Of a DNA stretch of 52,244 nt, positions 45,828 through 52,244 are shown piece by piece. The stretch is from a virus, in IMG/VR virus record IMGVR_UViG_3300044210_000063; one strand, written 5' to 3'. Numbering within the stretch: position 1 is the first letter of the stretch; every line of letters starts with the position of its first letter. Made by a program: the position numbers and the translations under genes. The notes under the pieces are model-generated. The model had not been told where the DNA came from, did no database searches, and saw only the letters and a program-made list of their open reading frames with translations.

Positions 45828-47177
45828 TTATTCAATTAGTTCCAAATTGGAACTAAGGGATGATTCGTCTATCCCCATGGTTTCTGCTGGAACTACTTCG
45901 GGCGGTTCTGAAGAACCATAATCCTGATCCATAGCATCGTCTGTGTTTCCACCTGCGACGGACATGGCATCTTCAGCCAGCTCGGCTAACTCTTCATCGC
46001 TTATATAGCGCAGCCCCTTAAGAATGTGTTCGACGCATAGATTACTGAGCTCTGCATATACTTTCGGCTGTGCTACCATGGCAGCTCGGAACTTCTCAAT
46101 GCCGATGGTTTCGATTTCTCCGGCACTGGAATGGAACCGAAATATATCTTGTTTCTTAGCATTCTTACTTTTCTTCACAATGTCGTATGCGATGGCTACG
46201 TTTAGCATTGTACGTAGCTCATCAATACCCACCCCATAGCGAATTGTGATAAGCCCAGAATGCCCGGTGCGTGCATCAATTTTATTTTTAATATTTTTGA
46301 TTTCCACATCCGTAGCAATCGGCACTTCTTCGTAATCTCTAGTGAGCGGGTTCCACCGTTTGGCTTTAACAGTCTGTTTTGGCTTCAACAAGACACGGTT
46401 CGATGACCAGAACTTCAGCGCGTTGCCGCCAGTAGTCGTCTTAAGGGCCTCTTCACTGAACCCAATAGCCCCAATTTTATCACGTGTTTGATTAAGAAAC
46501 ATCACGTGAGTACCGGTGTTCGATATGATGGATTGGAGCTTCGGCATCCAATTGGACATGAACCGTGGAACCTCAGCAATGCCTTGTTTTTCCTTCTCAT
46601 TCAAGACATTGCGTTCCCCTTCCCTCTTTGGTTGCAGACCTGCGACTGAATCGATTACTATAAAATTTATGCCTTGGATCGCCGCAGCATTCACGATTGC
46701 CTCGACTTCTTCGGCAAATCTAGGTGCTACACGGATAGCTCGTCCAGTTCCACCAAGTTCTGGTGGACGAAAGTCCGCTCCGAGTCGCATCGCATAAGCA
46801 TCAACAACTGCATGCTCGAGGTCAACGTATAATCCGGTTCCAGTTTCATTATTTGCTTGGAGTGCATGTCCAAGACCCATAAGCGCGATAGTAGATTTGC
46901 CTGAAGACTCACGGCCATAAATCTCGCTGATACGCCCGCACGGCCATCCGGGGCAGACGAATGATCCATCATCAAGCCTTGTTCCGCCGATGAGGAGATT
47001 TAGTACAGTCGAGCCAGTATTAATATACCCCAGGTTGCGATTCCATTCGACAACCGTATCCCGTAGGTTCAGGCGTTTCTCCAGGGTTGTTAGGAACCCT
47101 GCCATCTTCGGATGCCACTTGATTGGAGTGCTTTTTGACATGATTGATACTACACCAGACCCATCTCGTCTTTCCAA
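45828..47177 (-). CDS. recA: RecA/UvsX-like recombinase (divergent)
   Basis: GRISEIYGRESSGKSTIALM (compare GRIVEIYGPESSGKTTL), FIVIDSVAGL, TTGGNALKFWSS, NKIDARTG. The annotated 5' end overlaps paralog D by ~157 nt; the true start is probably an internal Met (47141 or 47105). Confidence 0.85.
   Translation of the reverse strand: MERRDGSGVVSIMSKSTPIKWHPKMAGFLTTLEKRLNLRDTVVEWNRNLGYINTGSTVLNLLIGGTRLDDGSFVCPGWPCGRISEIYGRESSGKSTIALMGLGHALQANNETGTGLYVDLEHAVVDAYAMRLGADFRPPELGGTGRAIRVAPRFAEEVEAIVNAAAIQGINFIVIDSVAGLQPKREGERNVLNEKEKQGIAEVPRFMSNWMPKLQSIISNTGTHVMFLNQTRDKIGAIGFSEEALKTTTGGNALKFWSSNRVLLKPKQTVKAKRWNPLTRDYEEVPIATDVEIKNIKNKIDARTGHSGLITIRYGVGIDELRTMLNVAIAYDIVKKSKNAKKQDIFRFHSSAGEIETIGIEKFRAAMVAQPKVYAELSNLCVEHILKGLRYISDEELAELAEDAMSVAGGNTDDAMDQDYGSSEPPEVVPAETMGIDESSLSSNLELIE
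45836..45856. promoter_or_regulatory. perfect palindrome TTAGTTCCAA-A-TTGGAACTAA (10-bp arms, 1-nt centre) at the recA 3' end, upstream of the ATPase gene
   Basis: Seen directly. The 1-nt spacer rules out a stable hairpin, so a dimeric protein-binding site is more likely. Confidence 0.35.
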
Positions 47178-48723
47178 AGTCCCATATTTTCCGATATCCC
47201 TGAGCTTCCCGCAACTCCCTCTCCGTCATACCTGATGCTTTTTCAGTATTCTTCTTCCGCAGAGACGACTTATGAAATCGCTTTCCTTGCTTCACCCAGT
47301 AATAATCGGGTAGAACTTGTCCATCACGTTGGAATCCCATCAAGCCGTAAACGGACCCTGTATATAATCTATTATCAGAGAAACTGACGATTGAGTACGG
47401 GGAGTGCTCTTGGATGAATATGTGAAGAAGCTTCGACCAGATACCATGTACTCGGTATGCTGGATTAGAGGTCATGCGCACTAATTCCCACTGATGCCTT
47501 GACTGTCTTGTAGGATGCGATAGGGACAGACAGGCGATCATAGATCCATTGAACAACACAGAATAGGATATTGTGGGTCGGCATGGTCCAATGTAATGGA
47601 ATTCCGCATGGAACCGGTCAGCTGTTGCAAAATCGACTGATTTAATGGAACACATGGTAGGACGCAGCTTGATGTGTTTGCTGCGACCGAGCCGATTACA
47701 TAATAGCGCCTCCACCTTTGTTCTACTGTGACGCCATTCATCCTCAAAGAGAGCGATGAACTCATATCCACTAGCAACAGCAGCTTTATACTTCCTGAGG
47801 TCTCTATCCCGTGAGTCTCTCGATGAGTGCCACCGTAGCCCGTTGAATTCTATGACTATGCATAAGCTCGGTATACCTATATCATATTTCCATTCTCCTA
47901 TGCTGTGTTCAAACACAGCTTGGATTCCAAGTGATGTGATAAACTCAATTAGTTGGTGCACCGGAGCTGACGTTTTATGACTAGTGCATCCGCAGGTGAG
48001 TGAGACTCCTCGTCTAATATTTTTCAGCAAAGGCTTGTATTCGAGCCCGCATAGTAGGCAACGTGCGCGAAATGGAACTGACAAACCAATAATGGGTTCC
48101 AGCGGCAGCATTGCGCCTGGCACGAAGTCGGTCGGGACAATCGGACATTTAAGCGCCATTAGTTCGTTGCGATGGCGCTCATACCACTGATATATATGAT
48201 CCCAGCATTTGCCACAAGAAGCAGTATTTCCCGTTGATACGGAATAGACGGCGGCATCTGTTTCATTACCACAGGTGCACACCCAGGTCAGTTTTTGGTG
48301 TGACTGCGGGAGTATCTTTTGCGGTCGTTTTATGTGCAGGTGCCCAAAGACCTTGTCTGTTGGATCAAATTCGCTGCATTTGCCACATGATGTCGTACGA
48401 CCTTGCACCACGGATTCGATCCTGGCCGTGGTTGTGTGTCCACATTCGCATACCCACCTGACGCGTTTACTCGACCCAGGCAGCGTATCAATAGGCATGC
48501 ACTGGCGGAGTTTTCCGAACCTACGAGTCGCCATTTCTGCTGCCGAAATCGTGCTACATTTACCGCACGATTTCGTATGGCCGGACAACACCTTGCGCAC
48601 CTCTGCCTGGCAAGTGCGTCCACATTCGCATGCCCAGATGACTTTGCGCCCTGATCCCTGGGTAACCTCCAGTATTTCTGTGCTGTGCAGACTACCAAAT
48701 CGGTCTTCTGGCACGACGATCAT
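47020..48723 (-). CDS. paralog D: 3 zinc-ribbon modules + Vsr-like nuclease + GNAT-like domain
   Basis: WACECGRTCQ...SCGKC repeats. KYDIGIPSLCIVIEFNGLRWHS. C-terminus LVRMTSNPAYRVHGIWSKLL...YGLMGF. Confidence 0.8.
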   Translation of the reverse strand: MIVVPEDRFGSLHSTEILEVTQGSGRKVIWACECGRTCQAEVRKVLSGHTKSCGKCSTISAAEMATRRFGKLRQCMPIDTLPGSSKRVRWVCECGHTTTARIESVVQGRTTSCGKCSEFDPTDKVFGHLHIKRPQKILPQSHQKLTWVCTCGNETDAAVYSVSTGNTASCGKCWDHIYQWYERHRNELMALKCPIVPTDFVPGAMLPLEPIIGLSVPFRARCLLCGLEYKPLLKNIRRGVSLTCGCTSHKTSAPVHQLIEFITSLGIQAVFEHSIGEWKYDIGIPSLCIVIEFNGLRWHSSRDSRDRDLRKYKAAVASGYEFIALFEDEWRHSRTKVEALLCNRLGRSKHIKLRPTMCSIKSVDFATADRFHAEFHYIGPCRPTISYSVLFNGSMIACLSLSHPTRQSRHQWELVRMTSNPAYRVHGIWSKLLHIFIQEHSPYSIVSFSDNRLYTGSVYGLMGFQRDGQVLPDYYWVKQGKRFHKSSLRKKNTEKASGMTERELREAQGYRKIWDFGKTRWVWCSINHVKKHSNQVASEDGRVPNNPGETPEPTGYGCRMESQPGVY

Positions 48724-49445
48724 GGCTGGCTCTCAAGGTCCTCCAGAAATTTCAGTAGTTCAGCCCGTATCGCTGATTTTTTTGGTAGGCTAACTGAGCC
48801 TTTAGGTACACGGCTTAGTTCAAAAAACCGGCTGTTTTCACGGAAAACATGCCCGATCCGTCGTGTTTTAACTCCAGTCAGCGTCTTAGCCTTTCTGGTC
48901 TTTAACAAAAACACGCGTTGCTCTGCTGGTGTAAGAACCGTTGGCGTTATGGAACCGTGGACAAGTTCAATGAGTCGGGCCGCAAAGAGAGCCGCCAAAT
49001 AAGCATCTGCCTCATTATTATCAATTACAGTAGGATCCATGGTATCGCGTTGCACGACCCGCTGCATGTCGAGCTTTGACATGTCACCTTTTTTCTTCAG
49101 GGGATCCCCTTTTGCGAGTGATTTCAGCGTTGATGGATCAAATAGCGCACAGTCTAGACGAGCTTCGAATGCTGGTACAAGCGAAAACATCATGAGACCA
49201 AAGTGAATTGTTTGAAACGGTCCTGCATGATAAGCCGGGCTTTCTATTCCAATAGCCTCCGGACGATATTCCTCGATCAGACTGGCTACGAGTGACTGGA
49301 AATGTAAAAACCGAGCCACCGGAACTGTCGAAGGCAAAGTACCTTCATGACCACTTGCGACTCTGCGGGCTAAACCGGAGGCTGTGGATTCGTGTACAGC
49401 CCAACCATAGGCCAGCAAGCTAGGATCGAGTCCTAGAGTTCGCAT
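48720..49445 (-). CDS. ruvC: RuvC-like Holliday junction resolvase
   Basis: LGLDPSLLAYGWAV (Asp-7 motif), IGIESPAYHAG (Glu), VIDNNEADAYLAALFAA (compare RuvC DADAADALAIAL). Confidence 0.7.
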   Translation of the reverse strand: MRTLGLDPSLLAYGWAVHESTASGLARRVASGHEGTLPSTVPVARFLHFQSLVASLIEEYRPEAIGIESPAYHAGPFQTIHFGLMMFSLVPAFEARLDCALFDPSTLKSLAKGDPLKKKGDMSKLDMQRVVQRDTMDPTVIDNNEADAYLAALFAARLIELVHGSITPTVLTPAEQRVFLLKTRKAKTLTGVKTRRIGHVFRENSRFFELSRVPKGSVSLPKKSAIRAELLKFLEDLESQP

Positions 49446-49565
49446 ACTGCTTCAAATACTGTGTCCGACCAAGCTTTGTTGCCATAATGAAAGGCCTTGG
49501 TCAGCATAAAGCAGCCAGAAATGATGGTATCACTACAACCCGAGGATACTACACTAAAAAGCATA

Positions 49566-50048
49566 CTACCTCTTCGGAATTCCGGCAAGCACAACTTGAA
49601 CTGCTGTGCGCTTAGGCGGCCATTCAAGTTCCACATTGGCGGCTGCCATGGTAGCTGTGACATTTACGCCGGTTGCTTCGGGCGTATCGACCACAAGGAG
49701 ATTCGGATTAGCTTTAAGACACTGTCGAATTTCCTTGCGTAATGCTGCACGTGCTGTACCTTGCCAATATAGACAATTGCGTAGTTGTCTATCAGTCCAA
49801 CACGGATGCCCAGTTTCTATGCGTTTTGCTTGCCTAGCATCCATATATGACCCGAGGTCAAACACATTATAAATGGCAAGTACGGGTTGAGATAAATTGA
49901 GTATTTCTTCAATGAACGGTGCCCGTGGAGGGCACCGTTCTTTTCGTTTCTGAAGGTTAGGGCACCCTTTAGGATGCCCCGGGTATGCAAGCCCGCAGAG
50001 TCCGCGCACGGAACGGTCCACTACAGGCTGTACATTAACCCAGGGCAC
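49566..50048 (-). CDS. hypothetical Cys-containing protein (160 aa)
   Basis: ORF only. Confidence 0.45.
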   Translation of the reverse strand: MPWVNVQPVVDRSVRGLCGLAYPGHPKGCPNLQKRKERCPPRAPFIEEILNLSQPVLAIYNVFDLGSYMDARQAKRIETGHPCWTDRQLRNCLYWQGTARAALRKEIRQCLKANPNLLVVDTPEATGVNVTATMAAANVELEWPPKRTAVQVVLAGIPKR

Positions 50049-50068
50049 TACGATTCTCGTAAAGGGTA

Positions 50069-50965
50069 CTAATCGAGCAGTGTTTCGTATCCGGCCGTGA
50101 GCTTTGGCCTGTCCTGAGCATCCTGACTATTATTTACACCAATTTGCGGTGCTCCAAGACGCTCAATAAGCTTGTCCATCGGCATGTCGAAGCCGAGACT
50201 GTTTTGCACGTACTTCCAGTTACGTGCACCAAGTTCGAGAATCCAGTTACGTACTTCTGGACTAGATCCCTCGAGTGCCCAATGTGAAGCGGATGCCAGC
50301 TGGATTTCTTGTTTTTGATACTTCGGATCGCCATCCAAAGTAACACGCAAGTCGATTGTAGACCGACCGTCATTGCGTGCGTCGAGATAAACCGCCTCAA
50401 GCTTACGAAACTTTTGGGAACCAAGCTTCCAGATATATGGTGCCGTATACTTCTGCATTTTTAGCAATTCCATGTCGACCTGTCCATCCGGCGTGACTGG
50501 GTATTGCAAGATGACGGTTGCCACGGTCTGCATTGCGTCACCCATTTCTTTGCAACAAATACTCGGTTTTACTAATACACCGTTTTCCCAAGTGCCCTTG
50601 CATCGAATGGTGCCGATGCCTTCCTTATAATGAGTATAGCCGAAGGCAAACTTCGGCTGCTTAATATCTAGCCGATCCACATCTGTGAGCTGATCCAGAG
50701 GTTTTTTGAGTCTCTCGGATAGTTTAGCTTCGACCTGATCTGACCAATCGGCTTTTTCTTGATCAGTGAGCGGCCGTCCAGCCTTTTTAGTCTGAGCCGC
50801 CAAAACAATATCAATATATTTCTTGAAAGCAATCAGACATACTCTGTCTGATTGCTTATGGTGGCTCTGTTTATATACTTCACATCCAGCCGCTTTAATA
50901 ACCTTGGCGTCGTCAAATCCAAACTCAGTAATCTCACTCATTTGTGACCTCGTTGTGCTTCGCAC
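50069..50965 (-). CDS. hypothetical protein (298 aa)
   Basis: Clean ORF, no recognised domain. Confidence 0.5.
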   Translation of the reverse strand: MRSTTRSQMSEITEFGFDDAKVIKAAGCEVYKQSHHKQSDRVCLIAFKKYIDIVLAAQTKKAGRPLTDQEKADWSDQVEAKLSERLKKPLDQLTDVDRLDIKQPKFAFGYTHYKEGIGTIRCKGTWENGVLVKPSICCKEMGDAMQTVATVILQYPVTPDGQVDMELLKMQKYTAPYIWKLGSQKFRKLEAVYLDARNDGRSTIDLRVTLDGDPKYQKQEIQLASASHWALEGSSPEVRNWILELGARNWKYVQNSLGFDMPMDKLIERLGAPQIGVNNSQDAQDRPKLTAGYETLLD

Positions 50966-51031
50966 GAATATTTGAACAGATGGGCTTAGCCCTTACCATA
51001 ATATACAACGAAGGTCTAGTGTTTTTACAAT

Positions 51032-51847
51032 CTAGTCATCCAGTAATGATTCGTAAAAGCTAGATGTTGATGATTTTGGAACAGCCTGCTCTTCAGGTCT
51101 GACATTCGTGCTGGATGATAGCTCTTCAGGTCTGACATTCGTGCTGGATGATAGCTCTTCAGGTAGCATCTCGTCTGGGCGGGGATGAGCGTTCAAGAAG
51201 GCCGCCATCTGTTGTGCATGGCCTGTATTGATCGGCGGCGGCATATCTTCTGGTCGTTTTTTCGGGTCTATAAGATCTGCAGCATCTACTGTTGGATTCA
51301 CAGGTGATTTTGTTCTGTGAACCGATTTATTATCTTTAGATGGAGTGCTGTATCCTCCATTACCGCTTGCTCTCTCATCAAGATCATCACGTACTAATGA
51401 GCGTTGTAGGCGTATATCATTGCTTGTCTGGCGCAGTAAGTCATACTTCATTTTCAGAAGTCTGTAGGTCTCTTCTGCTTCAACCAATGCGACTTTCCGT
51501 TCAGCAAGCTCGCTGTGTTCCGTAGCAAGTTCTGCCACTGCAATGGATCGGCGGTCAAGTGCTGCTGACCCCTGCTTCACGACTGGACTATCCGCGATCT
51601 TTTCACTCATTTTGAGGTCAAGGTCAAGCTCGCGATATCTGATCTCGCGTTTAAGAGCAGAGCAGTATTGGCCAACCTTATGCAAATAATGTTGCACTTG
51701 GTTCTGCAGTTGTCGGCATTTGGCCGTAACTTGCATTAAATATGCTTGTTTGAGGTGCGGTAGAGTCGGGTCCTCTTCAAGGTTGACCTGGTATGGACCA
51801 ACTTCTTCAAGTATCCTATCAAAGTCCTCTTTTGAGAATTTTTCCAT
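51032..51847 (-). CDS. coiled-coil protein with 33-bp tandem repeat (PEELSSSTNVR)
   Basis: Heptad-rich N-terminal half; 33-bp x2.4 repeat at 51089-51166 near the C-terminus. Confidence 0.5.
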   Translation of the reverse strand: MEKFSKEDFDRILEEVGPYQVNLEEDPTLPHLKQAYLMQVTAKCRQLQNQVQHYLHKVGQYCSALKREIRYRELDLDLKMSEKIADSPVVKQGSAALDRRSIAVAELATEHSELAERKVALVEAEETYRLLKMKYDLLRQTSNDIRLQRSLVRDDLDERASGNGGYSTPSKDNKSVHRTKSPVNPTVDAADLIDPKKRPEDMPPPINTGHAQQMAAFLNAHPRPDEMLPEELSSSTNVRPEELSSSTNVRPEEQAVPKSSTSSFYESLLDD

Positions 51848-51848
51848 A

Positions 51849-52244
51849 CTATGCCCTCTGGTAAACCCATCTCTTCTTCCCTAGATCCCAGATCCTACGG
51901 TATCCCTGGGCCTCTCTTAGCTCTCTTTCAGTCTTCCCTGAAGTTCTTTCCTCTCCCCTCTTCCTCAGGGAGGACTTATGAAACCTACGACCTCCCTTCA
52001 CCCAGTAATAATCAGGAGGAACTTCTCCATCATACTTGAAACCCATTTTCTCATAGACTCCTCCTGAGAAGAGTCGATTATCACTGAATGAAACTATGGA
52101 GGTAGGAGAATATTCTTGGCAAAATACCTTCAGGAGTTTACTCCAGATCCCATGAATTCTGTACTCCGGATCAGAGGCCATTCGAACCAATTCCCAGTCA
52201 TGTGTAGATTGTCTAGTTGGCCGAGAAAAACTGATACAAGCTAC
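51849..52244 (-). CDS. paralog E, partial: GNAT-like C-terminal domain of the zinc-ribbon/Vsr family; N-terminus lies beyond the window
   Basis: The frame stays open to the window edge (...VACISFSRPTRQSTHDWELVRMASDPEYRIHGIWSKLLKVF...), about 80% identical to the paralog B C-terminus. GC-rich. Confidence 0.7.
   Translation of the reverse strand, partial: VACISFSRPTRQSTHDWELVRMASDPEYRIHGIWSKLLKVFCQEYSPTSIVSFSDNRLFSGGVYEKMGFKYDGEVPPDYYWVKGGRRFHKSSLRKRGEERTSGKTERELREAQGYRRIWDLGKKRWVYQRA

Noticed and set aside
1-52244. tRNA or rRNA genes
   Set aside because: No GTTCGAATCC-type T-arm, cloverleaf candidate or rRNA-like stretch was spotted by eye in the intergenic regions. A tRNAscan run would be needed to be sure.

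Overview
The window is a gene-dense, two-strand stretch of a large dsDNA virus genome, most likely a jumbo bacteriophage. Evidence for a prokaryotic context: GGAG-type ribosome-binding sites in front of starts, ATGA start/stop overlaps chaining genes into operons, frequent GTG/TTG starts, a sigma-70-like factor, a RuvC-type resolvase and DnaJ. Background GC is around 45-48%, with GC-rich inserts.

Recognisable genes:
- Replication and repair: SNF2 helicase; DnaB-like helicase carrying a complete intein with a LAGLIDADG homing endonuclease; family-A DNA polymerase with 3'-5' exonuclease; divergent RecA/UvsX-like recombinase; RuvC-like resolvase; SMC/Rad50-N-like ATPase.
- Nucleotide metabolism: dCTP deaminase; HD-domain 5'-deoxynucleotidase; MazG-like domain (inside paralog C).
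- Chaperone and regulation: full DnaJ; a small J-domain protein; sigma factor.
- Other enzymes: carbon-nitrogen hydrolase; pyroglutamyl peptidase I.
- Structural candidates: two very large Gly/Thr/Ser-rich proteins at the 5' end and a collagen-like repeat protein.

Most unusual content:
1. A full-length, high-similarity homolog of the eukaryotic Major Vault Protein, expressed as a stand-alone gene with a strong SD and its own terminator.
2. Five copies of a mobile-looking paralog family. Each has a variable-number tandem array of ~60-aa four-cysteine zinc-ribbon modules, a Vsr/DUF559-like PD-(D/E)xK nuclease, and a C-terminal GNAT-like domain; one copy has a MazG-like domain instead. Copies sit beside or overlap core genes (PolA, RecA), and some lie in GC-rich islands.
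3. Other eukaryote-like pieces: a linker-histone H1/H5-like winged-helix protein with a K/P/A-rich tail, and PPLP repeats on the polymerase.
4. A perfect 20-bp inverted repeat just inside the 5' end of one gene.

No rRNA, tRNA or CRISPR arrays were found by eye. Hand-derived coordinates for non-ORF features may be off by 1-2 nt.
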